From positions 47,143 to 111,142 of the IMG/VR virus record IMGVR_UViG_3300031784_000013: a stretch of DNA of 64,000 nt, one strand, 5' to 3'. Below the pieces are notes generated by a model. That model was given only the letters and a program-made list of their open reading frames with translations. It was not told the origin of the DNA and made no database searches. Within the stretch, counting starts at the first letter, position 1. The number at the start of each line of letters is the position of its first letter. Shown here one piece after another: positions 39,605 to 49,010 of the stretch. The DNA is from a virus. The translations under genes and the position numbers were made by a program.

Positions 39605-40630
39605 ATGGCAAAGAAAAAAGAAAACCAAGAGGAACAAAGCAAGTTCCAAGCAGCTCTGGACAAGCTGAACAAAGCGTATGGTGTAGGTAGCGTTCTTACA
39701 CTGAATTCTAAGAATCAAAACTCCTATGACCTCATTAGCACAGGTTCTGTTGGGTTTGATCACATCACTCTAGGTGTAGGAGGTTTCGTTAAAGGGAAAC
39801 TTTATGAGCTCATGGGATGGGAGGGTACAGGTAAATCAACCATCTGTGGCCACACTGTAGCAGAATGTCAAGTAAAGGGTGGTAGAGTGTTGTACATCGA
39901 TGGCGAGCATGCTGTTGACAAAATCTATTTCGAAGCTCTAGGTGTAAACACTGATGACATGTTGATTGCTCAACCAAGCTGCGGTGAGGAGGGTTTTCAA
40001 ATTGCAATGGACTTAATCAACACTGGAGAACTAGATCTTGTAATCATCGACAGCGATAGTTCACTGATTCCTAAGAAGGTGCTAGATGGTGATGTAGGTG
40101 ATAGCTCAATTGGTAAGAAGGCTGTGTTGAACAGTAATGCATACCCAAAGCTAAAGACTGCTCTATCTACACACAATGTCTGTGTGATTGTTATCTCTCA
40201 GTATCGTGAGAAGATTGGTGTTATGTTTGGTAACCCAACAACAACTCAGGGTGGTCATGCATTGAAGTTTTATTCAGATTGTAGAATCGAGGTGAGTAGA
40301 TCATTAGCAAAAGAGGGAGACGTGACTTATGGTAACATCACTAAAGTGAAGGCTGTAAAGAACAAGATGTCTCCTCCATATCGAATGACAAGCTTTGATA
40401 TTGTCTATGGTCAGGGTATCGACAAGTTCGCAGAGTTGATGGAACTTGGTAGTGAGTATGGAGTTCTTAGAAAGTATGGCTCTACAGTTACATACAAAGA
40501 AGAAAAGTATCAATATGATGGATTCCAAAAGCTATTAGAAGACAATCCAGAGCTAGAAGAAGACATCAAGCAAACAATTATTAATCGTATTAAAAATATA
40601 GAACTAGTTCCTGAAGATGATGGATTATAA
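39605..40630 (+). CDS. recA: RecA recombinase
   Basis: ISTGS, GWEGTGKST, YIDGEHA, IIDS, GVMFGNPTTTQGGHALKFY, VKNK; probable start MAKKKE at 39605. Confidence 0.95.
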   Translation: MAKKKENQEEQSKFQAALDKLNKAYGVGSVLTLNSKNQNSYDLISTGSVGFDHITLGVGGFVKGKLYELMGWEGTGKSTICGHTVAECQVKGGRVLYIDGEHAVDKIYFEALGVNTDDMLIAQPSCGEEGFQIAMDLINTGELDLVIIDSDSSLIPKKVLDGDVGDSSIGKKAVLNSNAYPKLKTALSTHNVCVIVISQYREKIGVMFGNPTTTQGGHALKFYSDCRIEVSRSLAKEGDVTYGNITKVKAVKNKMSPPYRMTSFDIVYGQGIDKFAELMELGSEYGVLRKYGSTVTYKEEKYQYDGFQKLLEDNPELEEDIKQTIINRIKNIELVPEDDGL

Positions 40631-40937
40631 TCAATTAGAAGCCCTAGTGATTGAATGGGCAGACAACAAAGGCATTCTTAAGAATGGGACACCTCTTGCA
40701 CAATCTAAGAAGACAATGGAAGAGTGTCAAGAGCTGATAGATGCCATAGAAGGAGACTATCTTGGTGGAGAAACTAGAGATGAAATAGCAGATGCTCTTG
40801 GTGACATCCTCGTCACTATTATCATCCAGGCTAAGATGCAGAACATGTCTCTACTAGAATGTCTAGAGGGTGCTTACAATGTAATCACTAAGCGTACAGG
40901 AAAGATGGTGAATGGTCAATTTGTAAAAGATGCCTAA
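40617..40937 (+). CDS. mazG: MazG-like nucleotide pyrophosphohydrolase
   Basis: KTMEE..EL...DALGDILVT...AYNVI..RTGKM..G.FVK. Confidence 0.85.
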   Translation: MMDYNQLEALVIEWADNKGILKNGTPLAQSKKTMEECQELIDAIEGDYLGGETRDEIADALGDILVTIIIQAKMQNMSLLECLEGAYNVITKRTGKMVNGQFVKDA

Positions 40938-41328
40938 GCAAAAGTGTAAGACATGCGATAAACCCTGTGAAGGAGAGTATTGCTTTAGACACAAGCCAAG
41001 AAAACCAATGCTAGCAAGAATAACAACTAACTATTCAAACAAGCTCATCATAGAGGAGAAATCCTCTATGCGTGAGATGTTTCTTAGGATTTGGAAGCAA
41101 AGACTACACAAGTCTGAGATTAGTGGTGAGAGACTAGGTACAGAACCTCTGTCAATATTCTTTCACCATATCCTTCCAAAGGAGAAGTATAAGGACGCAA
41201 TGTTAGATGAAGAGAATATCATTCTCCTAACACTGGACGAGCACACCAACGTTGAGAACGACATCTATCGTTATGAAGAAGTGAACAAGAGACGTGAATA
41301 TCTAAAAACAAAATACAATATACCATGA
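40930..41328 (+). CDS. HNH-like nuclease with N-terminal Zn knuckle
   Basis: CKTC..C...YCF.H; SEISG...FHHILPK...NIILLT..EH. Confidence 0.6.
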   Translation: MPKQKCKTCDKPCEGEYCFRHKPRKPMLARITTNYSNKLIIEEKSSMREMFLRIWKQRLHKSEISGERLGTEPLSIFFHHILPKEKYKDAMLDEENIILLTLDEHTNVENDIYRYEEVNKRREYLKTKYNIP

Positions 41329-41537
41329 AACAATTATATCAATATGCAGCCATATATCACAAATATGACTTCAACGAAGAAGGAATTAAAGTTTACACAG
41401 ACTCTGAATTACTAATTGAGCCAAAATATGTGCTTGCCAATGATGAGAAAGAAGTTATCTTTAAGGCAACAAAGCACGTAGGTGAATACTACGCACAGTC
41501 TCCAGACAGTGTAGAGATTATAATTAAAAAATTCTAA
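41325..41537 (+). CDS. Hypothetical protein
   Basis: ORF track. Confidence 0.55.
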   Translation: MKQLYQYAAIYHKYDFNEEGIKVYTDSELLIEPKYVLANDEKEVIFKATKHVGEYYAQSPDSVEIIIKKF

Positions 41538-41553
41538 AACCAATTTTACAAAC

Positions 41554-41856
41554 ATGAACCAATTCTTTTACACACGGAAAGAACCAATTCAAGGAACTGA
41601 TCCCCTTGAATTCAAAGAGTACCTAGACAGTTTCAACATTGAGAAAGTCATTAGAACTATTATTGTGGAGAATGAAAATCGTTTAGTGTTGCTAGATGAC
41701 ATCCACGAACGTTCTATAGAAGTGCCTGATGTAAATCCAAAGAATGGACAAACCAGAGGATTTAAACGTGAGCGCAACACCTACCAAACTGAAATCTATT
41801 TGACACCAGCAGATTCAGAGAGGTTTGTTAAACTACTCAACATTGTTGACCTATGA
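41554..41856 (+). CDS. Hypothetical protein
   Basis: ORF track. Confidence 0.65.
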   Translation: MNQFFYTRKEPIQGTDPLEFKEYLDSFNIEKVIRTIIVENENRLVLLDDIHERSIEVPDVNPKNGQTRGFKRERNTYQTEIYLTPADSERFVKLLNIVDL

Positions 41857-42611
41857 ATTACCCAATGATCTCTTGTAAGATGATCACTTATGGAAGAGTG
41901 GAGTTTCTCGAAGAGTCTCTCCACTCTTTTCTCATTCAGGACTATCCTGAAAAGGAACTAGTGATTGTCAATGACTATCCTCTACAGAAGCTTGTATTTG
42001 ATCATTCTCAAGTGAGGATTTACAATCTTGATGAGACATTCAAAACTATAGGGGATAAAGAAAACTTTGCTACAGGATTGTGCAAAGGAGAAATCATTTG
42101 TCAATGGGACGATGATGATGTTGCTTTACCGTGGCACTTAAAGAATGTTGCAGAACAATTTACAGATGATGTAAATATTCTTCACTGGGCCACAGGTGTA
42201 TATTACAACAACTCAGCTATTACAAATGTTGGATGGATAGGTAACTCTGGTATTGTGTTCAGGAAGTCTGCATGGCAGGCTATTGGTGGTCATCCTGTAG
42301 AAAACGCTGGATACGATATGACATTCATAAATGCTCTTGCTCATTATGGTGGTAGAAAGTTTGCTGAGATGCCCAAAAAAGATGCTAGCTGGTTCTATAT
42401 GTGGGGAGGAAGAGGTTATCACATGAGTGGTATGGGTACAGACACTAGTGATAGAGCCAATGTAATTGAGAGACATTCAAATCATGTAGAAATTCTCAGA
42501 ACAAGAGGACTGATTCCTACAGGGGATGTAACTTTGAATCCTCATTGGAAACTTGATTACCAAAAACAACTTGAGGATCATGTTACAGAAAATAAAAGCA
42601 GTAATAGTTAA
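41853..42611 (+). CDS. Glycosyltransferase family 2 (GT-A)
   Basis: ISC.MITYGR..FLEESL.SFL.QDYP.KELVIVND; WDDDD. Confidence 0.85.
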   Translation: MNYPMISCKMITYGRVEFLEESLHSFLIQDYPEKELVIVNDYPLQKLVFDHSQVRIYNLDETFKTIGDKENFATGLCKGEIICQWDDDDVALPWHLKNVAEQFTDDVNILHWATGVYYNNSAITNVGWIGNSGIVFRKSAWQAIGGHPVENAGYDMTFINALAHYGGRKFAEMPKKDASWFYMWGGRGYHMSGMGTDTSDRANVIERHSNHVEILRTRGLIPTGDVTLNPHWKLDYQKQLEDHVTENKSSNS

Positions 42612-43215
42612 TCGTAATCTTGTAACAACTTTAAAGAACACCGTAGACTTTCTATCAAAAGATCCTAGGGTGGAGGTTATCATTTTTGATCAACAATCAA
42701 CCTATCCTCCTCTTCTAGAATATTACAAAACACAGAACGTAATTTACAATAATTCAAATGGTGGTCCTTATAGTGCTTGGGGACTTGCTGAATTGAACAG
42801 ATACCACTACATTGTTACAGATGCAGATTGCACGTATGATGATGTGCCTGATGACTGGCTAGACAAGATGTTATATTGTTTAGACAACAGTGGGCATAAC
42901 AAGGTGGGATTCTCATTAAAAATTGATGACCTTCCTGATAATGTTATTGCTAACCAGGCAAAGCAACATGAGTCTAAGTTTTGGACGAACAGTTGTCAGT
43001 TTGGCTGGGTGGCTGAGGTAGACACCACGTTTGCATTATATCGTGCAAGAACAGCATTTCAGTATCAAGCAGTGAGATTATTTGAACCATACACAATTAA
43101 ACATGTCCCTTGGTATATTGAGAACAATATAACTGATGAATGGAAATACTATCTAAAACATTCTAGTGGAATCTCAGTGTGGGGATCAAGATTAAAAACT
43201 CTTTACAATTTATAA
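42580..43215 (+). CDS. GT2-like glycosyltransferase
   Basis: IIFDQQSTYPPLL; YIVTDAD DxD; VDTTFALY; H.PWY; probable start MLQKIK. Confidence 0.75.
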   Translation: MLQKIKAVIVNRNLVTTLKNTVDFLSKDPRVEVIIFDQQSTYPPLLEYYKTQNVIYNNSNGGPYSAWGLAELNRYHYIVTDADCTYDDVPDDWLDKMLYCLDNSGHNKVGFSLKIDDLPDNVIANQAKQHESKFWTNSCQFGWVAEVDTTFALYRARTAFQYQAVRLFEPYTIKHVPWYIENNITDEWKYYLKHSSGISVWGSRLKTLYNL

Positions 43216-43216
43216 A

Positions 43217-43762
43217 ATGTCAGAAAGCCTTAATCAGATATATGAGAGATTGTATAACACTCCTTCAGATATCAATGAACACCTACCCACTTTAGCAAGC
43301 TACGCTAGTGAATGTGAGCATATCACTGAGATGGGAGTTAGATACATTGTGTCAACGTACGCTCTTCTTATGGGTAAACCAAAGAAGATGATCTCCTATG
43401 ACATACACATGTGTCACTGGGAGCCTGTAAAAGATTTAGTTAAGGAAGACACAGACTTCCACTTTGCCATTGGGAACACTCTAGAGATTGAGATTGACCC
43501 TACAGATCTATTGTTCATAGACACTCTTCACAACTATACACAACTCAAGAAAGAACTTGAGCTACATGCTAAGAAGGTGAATAAGTACATCATCTTCCAT
43601 GACACAACAAGTTTTGAAACTGTTGGGGAATCTTATTCAGGAAATCCAGAGAAAGGAATATGGCCAGCTATTGAAGAGTTCTTACAACTCAATCCTCAAT
43701 GGACGTTGAAAGAAAGATTCACAAACAATAATGGATTGACAATAATTGAAAAAGCCTCCTAG
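43217..43762 (+). CDS. Class I SAM-dependent methyltransferase (Methyltransf_24-like)
   Basis: DINEHL, EMGV, DLLFIDTLH.Y.QL..EL, IIFHDT, NNNGLT. Confidence 0.85.
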   Translation: MSESLNQIYERLYNTPSDINEHLPTLASYASECEHITEMGVRYIVSTYALLMGKPKKMISYDIHMCHWEPVKDLVKEDTDFHFAIGNTLEIEIDPTDLLFIDTLHNYTQLKKELELHAKKVNKYIIFHDTTSFETVGESYSGNPEKGIWPAIEEFLQLNPQWTLKERFTNNNGLTIIEKAS

Positions 43763-43773
43763 TTGGAGGCTTT
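43751..43773. terminator. Bidirectional terminator at convergent gene junction
   Basis: AAAGCCTCC-TAGTT-GGAGGCTTT flanked by A- and T-runs. Confidence 0.8.
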
Positions 43774-43775
43774 CT

Positions 43776-43928
43776 TCATTTTGATAGCTTTTTCTTTGAC
43801 ATGGGCCATTGAGCATTTCCCTGTTGTTTCTTACTCCTAACATCATTGTTACTATACTCTTTCATATAGTTAGCATTTGGTCTAGGATTGGGAACCTTTG
43901 GTGCCCTCTTTGGTTTTCCAGATTTCAT
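43776..43928 (-). CDS. Small basic protein, 50 aa (MKSGKPKRAPKVPNPRP...)
   Basis: Hand-translated; ATGA overlap with the upstream gene. Confidence 0.55.
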   Translation of the reverse strand: MKSGKPKRAPKVPNPRPNANYMKEYSNNDVRSKKQQGNAQWPMSKKKLSK

Positions 43929-44722
43929 TTTCTGAATGATTTTCTTACAGCCTTAACTTTAGCTTTTGCTGACTTTACTTCGTATCGTTTCTCAGCTCTC
44001 TCAGCTTTATTTCTAATCTTCTGTGTAGCAAGACGTTCTTTTGTACGTACAGCTTGGATTTTTCGCTGAGCACCTTCTTTCATTGTGCCATCTTTCTTCT
44101 TACCCTTCTGCATGATCTCCATGATCTTAATCTCACCCTTAGAAAACTTTCTTTTCTCTGGACCAGTTCTAAGAGTTTTGTCAAGAGGAGCAGCCACTTT
44201 TAATTCTGGCATCTTTCTTTCAGGAACTTTAATTCCCTCATCCTTCTTTCTCTTAACAGATTTCTTAGGAGTTGAAGATTTCTTAGTAGCATCTGAAACT
44301 TTGAAAGATTCTCCTCTAGTAGTCTTCATGTAATCATCATACCCATCAGACTTTTTCTTAGGTTGAGTTGGTTTAGAACTACTGGATTCTTTTAAAGGGC
44401 CTTTTAGTGGAGCAGCTGGCCTTGTATTCATATACTTTCTAATATCACTTCCTTTAGCTGGAAGTTTAGTATACTGAGTTTTAGTGCCCTCATATTTAAC
44501 GGGCTCTTTAATAGCCTTATCTACAGAAGCTCTATCACCACTTCCTGTATTTGTTTCTGTTTTGCCTGAAGAATATGTCTTAGTAAACTTGGCAGGAAAC
44601 ATTGTTTTACCAGAAGAATATCCAGTTGTGTCATACTCAACCTTTTCTTCAACTGGATAACTACTACTTCTCTTAGAGGCAAATCTCTTTGTTTGAGTAA
44701 CCCCTCTCTGTGCCTTTTTCAT
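43925..44722 (-). CDS. Lys-rich basic protein (probable start MKKAQRG)
   Basis: ORF track 43925..44749; very high K/R. Confidence 0.7.
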   Translation of the reverse strand: MKKAQRGVTQTKRFASKRSSSYPVEEKVEYDTTGYSSGKTMFPAKFTKTYSSGKTETNTGSGDRASVDKAIKEPVKYEGTKTQYTKLPAKGSDIRKYMNTRPAAPLKGPLKESSSSKPTQPKKKSDGYDDYMKTTRGESFKVSDATKKSSTPKKSVKRKKDEGIKVPERKMPELKVAAPLDKTLRTGPEKRKFSKGEIKIMEIMQKGKKKDGTMKEGAQRKIQAVRTKERLATQKIRNKAERAEKRYEVKSAKAKVKAVRKSFRK

Positions 44723-44723
44723 A

Positions 44724-45272
44724 TTAGCAACCCATTTTACATTTACCAACAGCCTTCTTTACAGATGCACCTTTCTTAGCAACTGTTTTCTTAGCAGTCA
44801 TTTTTCCACCACTTTTGAAAGTTGGCCTCTTCATTTTACCACTTTCTAAGTCTTTTGCCATTCTACTTACAATATCTACTCTAGATTCACCTGGGCCACT
44901 TTGCAATTTACCTTGTCTAATATTTTTTCCACTCTTATCTGAGACACTGTAGTTAAATGTTTCATTACGCATTGTAGCTGGTGATTTGTAACCAACTGTA
45001 TCAATGGACATCTTTCTATCGTCACCAAGTGCAATTTCCATTGGTCTTAGGCTTTTAGCTTGTTTAGTGACTTGAGGAAGAGTCATTGCTTTCAATCCAT
45101 TCTGAGCTTTTTTAATTGGTTTTTTAGCTGCAACCTTAGCACCATTCTTAGCTTTATTCTTAGCAGCTGAAATAATATCAGCTCTTGTGATTGCTGGGTT
45201 GTTGTCATATCCAGCTTTCACTGATTTCATGCCTAGGCTTGTACCAGCTTTAGCTTTTGCAATTTTTTTCAT
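44724..45272 (-). CDS. Lys/Ala-rich basic protein with repeated KAxxG / xKxGG motifs (probable start MKKIAKAKAG)
   Basis: ORF track 44724..45422; histone-H1-like composition. Confidence 0.7.
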   Translation of the reverse strand: MKKIAKAKAGTSLGMKSVKAGYDNNPAITRADIISAAKNKAKNGAKVAAKKPIKKAQNGLKAMTLPQVTKQAKSLRPMEIALGDDRKMSIDTVGYKSPATMRNETFNYSVSDKSGKNIRQGKLQSGPGESRVDIVSRMAKDLESGKMKRPTFKSGGKMTAKKTVAKKGASVKKAVGKCKMGC

Positions 45273-45373
45273 AATGTATAAATGTTTTGGTTGACGACTA
45301 ATGTTTAGTAAATTTAAAAACAAATTTGAAAATACTTTGTATATTCTTTGGAAATTTAAAACACAATAAATAT

Positions 45374-45640
45374 ATGGAACCCACTGTTGTCCTAAACCCT
45401 TTTGGAGTGCACAATGTAACAAAGGTAATTGATGAGAATAAGAAGCCTGCTGAATGGTGGAAAGAGTATGTCGAAATCAATGAAGCTCTGATTGAGAATG
45501 AATTCTACGTGCTATTTGAAGATGGTCTATTAGTTAAGAAGGGGAGGACCAAGTTCAGAACTAGTGACTATTTTAATGATCGAAAATTCCAAAGCTTCAA
45601 GTCGCACTATGAAGAAGTTCAAATTTCAGGGGAATCCTAG
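45374..45640 (+). CDS. Hypothetical protein
   Basis: ORF track; probable start MEPTVV. Confidence 0.55.
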   Translation: MEPTVVLNPFGVHNVTKVIDENKKPAEWWKEYVEINEALIENEFYVLFEDGLLVKKGRTKFRTSDYFNDRKFQSFKSHYEEVQISGES

Positions 45641-45793
45641 CCTATATGATTGGAAAATAAAACCTGTCGTAGGATCTGTATACACTGTTGAAAACATCAA
45701 CTCCATGAGGTATCACTCTGGGAGATGGGGCAATGTTGCAGAAAAGGATGTCTTGAAATGGAAAGACTTTATAGAAATTGAAAACCAATAAAT

Positions 45794-46183
45794 ATGTTTG
45801 ATAACAAATTTCATGAACAAGTTCATGATATTCTTCAAGGAATTGAAGATCTTTTAGTTGCTAAAAACGCAAAGTATGGCAACTCAGCACTAGAACCGCT
45901 AGGTGTGTTTAGTCAGTTGTCCGCAAAAGAAGGACTACTGGTTCGCATTGATGACAAGCTCAAAAGAATCAAGAATGGTTCTCTAGACAAGGATGATGAA
46001 GATGTTGTAAATGACCTCATTGGCTATCTAGTTTTGTTAAAAATTCATGCAAGCCGTGAGCAAAGTTTTGATGAACTAGATGGTTCTCATAATTGGGAAA
46101 AGATTAAACAAAGAGAGGAGTTGATTTCAATAATGCGTGCTGATGAAAAAGATGGCTTGTATTGGAGTGATAATGTAGATTAA
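45794..46183 (+). CDS. Nucleotide-modification-associated domain 1 (Nmad1/DUF1599-like) protein
   Basis: KNAKYGNSA...VRIDDKLKRI...D...DLIGYL. Confidence 0.8.
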   Translation: MFDNKFHEQVHDILQGIEDLLVAKNAKYGNSALEPLGVFSQLSAKEGLLVRIDDKLKRIKNGSLDKDDEDVVNDLIGYLVLLKIHASREQSFDELDGSHNWEKIKQREELISIMRADEKDGLYWSDNVD

Positions 46184-46188
46184 CTAAA

Positions 46189-46260
46189 GCCTCCTAAGCA
46201 TAAATGGTGATGCGTCTGATTTGTACTCAGAATAACAGGGTTCGATTCCTTGAGGAGGCT
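46189..46260 (+). tRNA. trnT: tRNA-Thr(UGU)
   Basis: GCCTCCT/AGGAGGC acceptor; GCAT/ATGC D stem; TCTGA-TTTGTAC-TCAGA anticodon arm; CAGGG-TTCGATT-CCTTG T arm; CCA not encoded. Confidence 0.92.
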
Positions 46261-46266
46261 CAATAA

Positions 46267-46413
46267 TTTGTCGCACATTTAGTGAGTTTTTGCGACAAAA
46301 ATGTCCAGTTTGTTGTGCAAAAAACTGTTAATTCGTTGTGCAAAAAACTGGACTATATTTTGGCACTATTTGCTATAAGTTGCCAAATGTAAAGTAGAAT
46401 TTACAATTTGGCA
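46267..46413. repeat. Array of back-to-back imperfect palindromes including a 16-bp direct repeat (GTTGTGCAAAAAACTG x2)
   Basis: TTTGTCGCA/TGCGACAAA; GTCCAGTTT/AAACTGGAC; TTTGGCA/TGCCAAA; TGCCAAATGTAAA/TTTACAATTTGGCA. Confidence 0.75.
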
Positions 46414-46453
46414 GTTTATGTAAAATATCTTTAACCTTATCAATTAAAAAATC

Positions 46454-47104
46454 ATGAACATACTACAAGTTGATTTCCCTTCTAGCCAATACATAGCAGA
46501 GGAAACTCCAAAGAAACAAATCTATCTTCACCACACAGCAGGAAGTCCTAATGGTGTAGGAACATTTGGATGGTGGGCATCTAACACTGAGAGAGTAGCC
46601 ACATGTGTATCCATCTCAGGTATTGGTAAAGGCTGTATTGATGGACAGATTGTTCAGGGATTTAGCTCTAAGTTTTGGGCATATCACCTAGGACTACAGA
46701 AGAGTACATTCAGTAGTCGTAAGATTCCTTATCAGCAACTAGATAAGATCAGCATAGGTATTGAGATCTGCAACTGGGGCAATCTTCGTGAGAACAATGG
46801 TAAGTTTTACAACTATGTTGGTAAGGAGATGGACAAGGGAATCATCAAACTTGACAAACCATACAAGGGTTTTCAATACTTTCATGATTACACGGATGCT
46901 CAAATAGAATCTGTAAAACAGTTGTTGTTGCTTTGGAAGAAAAAATACAACATCCCATTAGATTACTGTGAAGACATCTGGGATATCACACCTAGAGCAT
47001 TGAGGGGAGAAGCAGGCGTGTTTACACACAACTCTGTACGTAAAGACAAGATTGACATCTATCCTCATCCTAAGATGATTGAGATGTTGAAGAGTCTATC
47101 TTGA
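46454..47104 (+). CDS. N-acetylmuramoyl-L-alanine amidase (Amidase_2) endolysin
   Basis: IYLHHTAG, WAYHLG, SIGIEI, YTDAQI, THNSVRKDK.D. Confidence 0.88.
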   Translation: MNILQVDFPSSQYIAEETPKKQIYLHHTAGSPNGVGTFGWWASNTERVATCVSISGIGKGCIDGQIVQGFSSKFWAYHLGLQKSTFSSRKIPYQQLDKISIGIEICNWGNLRENNGKFYNYVGKEMDKGIIKLDKPYKGFQYFHDYTDAQIESVKQLLLLWKKKYNIPLDYCEDIWDITPRALRGEAGVFTHNSVRKDKIDIYPHPKMIEMLKSLS

Positions 47105-47231
47105 CAATTCCTGTAAAAAAATCGTGACAATTACGGAAGTTATTCGAATTACGAGGGTAAATTTTACAACTTTTTACCCTCGTAACTTTTAGATTAATAA
47201 ATTTCAAAGTCTTGTTAACTTATAAGTTAAC
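47105..47231. repeat. Second palindrome array (13-bp perfect inverted repeat; 18-bp perfect palindrome)
   Basis: TTACGAGGGTAAA/TTTACCCTCGTAA (47149-47185); GTTAACTTATAAGTTAAC (47214-47231). Confidence 0.75.
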
Positions 47232-47782
47232 TAGAATAACTTTTTACTTACACCCAAACTGTGAATTTTTGTCATGGGTTGGTATTGGTATTGGAAGATG
47301 TATTTATCATCTACATAGGATGCAGTTGCGCCTGGTTGTAACAGAGAACTGATGCTTGCGCCTAGATATAATCCTTTGCTCTTCTTTATAATAGTTTTGG
47401 TCTCTGTGTTGGTGATGGTGTTTGTCACTGTAGGGATTTTGAAATCGTTCGTAACATTCATTTTAAGCACCTCTCCAAGCACTTCTCCATTAACGTAGGT
47501 GTTGCCATATTCAAAAGGAGTTGTTGTACTGAAGCTCTTGATTTTGGGCTTGTGGTCAATTAGGATTGTATCCCTAACAACTTTGGTTTTTATTTCTTTT
47601 TTAGGGATGTAGACAGTATCAATATCTTGAATGAGAACCGTGTCTGATTCTGTTACAGTTCTGAACTTGTACACCTCTTCTATCTCAGGCTTTGGGTAGA
47701 TGATAAATGTCAACACGACACCTATGAGGAATGCCACTATAGCAATTCTTATTCTCTCATCATCAAACATCTCTTTCATCAT
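47231..47782 (-). CDS. Membrane-anchored protein, spanin-like
   Basis: N-terminal TM, DTV-rich linker, C-terminal beta-strands ending in F as in Bacteroidota phage spanin candidates. Confidence 0.5.
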   Translation of the reverse strand: MMKEMFDDERIRIAIVAFLIGVVLTFIIYPKPEIEEVYKFRTVTESDTVLIQDIDTVYIPKKEIKTKVVRDTILIDHKPKIKSFSTTTPFEYGNTYVNGEVLGEVLKMNVTNDFKIPTVTNTITNTETKTIIKKSKGLYLGASISSLLQPGATASYVDDKYIFQYQYQPMTKIHSLGVSKKLF

Positions 47783-48000
47783 TATTCAATTTGAATATTA
47801 TCTTGTTCAAGTATTTTTCTTAATTCTTTTCTACAAGTTTCATACGCTTTGTACGTCTCATCAGATAATTCTTTATATTTCATCTCTGAACGTAGCCACT
47901 GATCATATTCCCATACAGCACTTTGGTAGTTTCTTCCATTTACAGAAGCCTGAAAGTCTCTAGTATCTTCAGGTAGGTCAAACTCTAGTATTGCTTTCAT
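47782..48000 (-). CDS. Hypothetical phage protein (MKAILEFDLPED family)
   Basis: Common phage motif. Confidence 0.7.
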   Translation of the reverse strand: MKAILEFDLPEDTRDFQASVNGRNYQSAVWEYDQWLRSEMKYKELSDETYKAYETCRKELRKILEQDNIQIE

Positions 48001-48875
48001 AGAGGAAACTTAATTGAATCTATGTAAACATCGTAATTCTTTGCTGTTCCTTCGTAAGTTCTTTTTGGTGTGAAGATTAATATTCTACCACCTGTAACTT
48101 TTGGAGGAGCACCACGCTCAATATGCCATCCATGTGAGCCGTCACCATATTCTTCTTTATATGTGCCAGCAATACAGTGATGTATTTCCCTCTGCTCTAG
48201 TTCATAAACACGCTTACCACGGTTGAACTTCAAGACATCTCTGACATCATTTCTACACCAGTTCTCGTGAATGTGACCTAGCACGAATATATCCATGTTT
48301 TCATACATTTCAAGGGCTCTTGTAAGATTTATCGCACCTTTCGTTACGATTCCTCCTCCACCACTTCCGTGAAAGTATTTCAAGTGCTTAATGTTGTATG
48401 ATGTGAAGCAATTAACTTTTATAGACAACCATCCTCCATACCCACCTGTCTGTACATTTGTTTTGTTCTTGTAGTTTAACAAGTCAACAAATCTCTGTAG
48501 GACATCTGTTTCTTGAAACTTAATTATCGTGGTTTCGTGGTTACCATATCCAATCACTGTTAGCAAATGTGCGTATGGACTAAACCATTCTACAGCTGTC
48601 TCAATTACAGAGTCTAGATACTTAGCATTGTTGTGCTCTGGTCTAATGTCTGATTTATTACCTCTACGGTCCCCCCTGCCCTGCATGAGGCAGAATAGGT
48701 CTCCGTTGATCAGAATAGGGATATTGTTTGCTTTACAGTAGTCTAAATGAATCTTAAGTTTTTCTCTATCACACCTTGGGTTATCCCAATGTAAGTCTGA
48801 TAGAATTGCTAACTTCTCTCCTGTTAACTCTAGGGAATGAACATTCCTTAGAATTTTTTCTAGTTTAAATATCAT
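47997..48875 (-). CDS. Calcineurin-like metallophosphoesterase
   Basis: SDLH, NGD, GNHE, FHG, GHIH motifs. Confidence 0.88.
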   Translation of the reverse strand: MIFKLEKILRNVHSLELTGEKLAILSDLHWDNPRCDREKLKIHLDYCKANNIPILINGDLFCLMQGRGDRRGNKSDIRPEHNNAKYLDSVIETAVEWFSPYAHLLTVIGYGNHETTIIKFQETDVLQRFVDLLNYKNKTNVQTGGYGGWLSIKVNCFTSYNIKHLKYFHGSGGGGIVTKGAINLTRALEMYENMDIFVLGHIHENWCRNDVRDVLKFNRGKRVYELEQREIHHCIAGTYKEEYGDGSHGWHIERGAPPKVTGGRILIFTPKRTYEGTAKNYDVYIDSIKFPL

Positions 48876-49010
48876 GCTGAGTTTTAGTTGAGTGTGTTGT
48901 TGACCATGTAAAAAGTTTTGGTCTCTTGTAGTTGGACTTTTTAAAAAAATTGATGTTGTAACGCACGTGCTTAGAGCACATAATTAAAAAAATGATATAT
49001 AATATGATGG

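Noticed and set aside
46312-46350. CRISPR mini-array
   Set aside because: Only two 16-bp copies with a 7-bp spacer; no cas genes; looks like a local duplication within a hairpin
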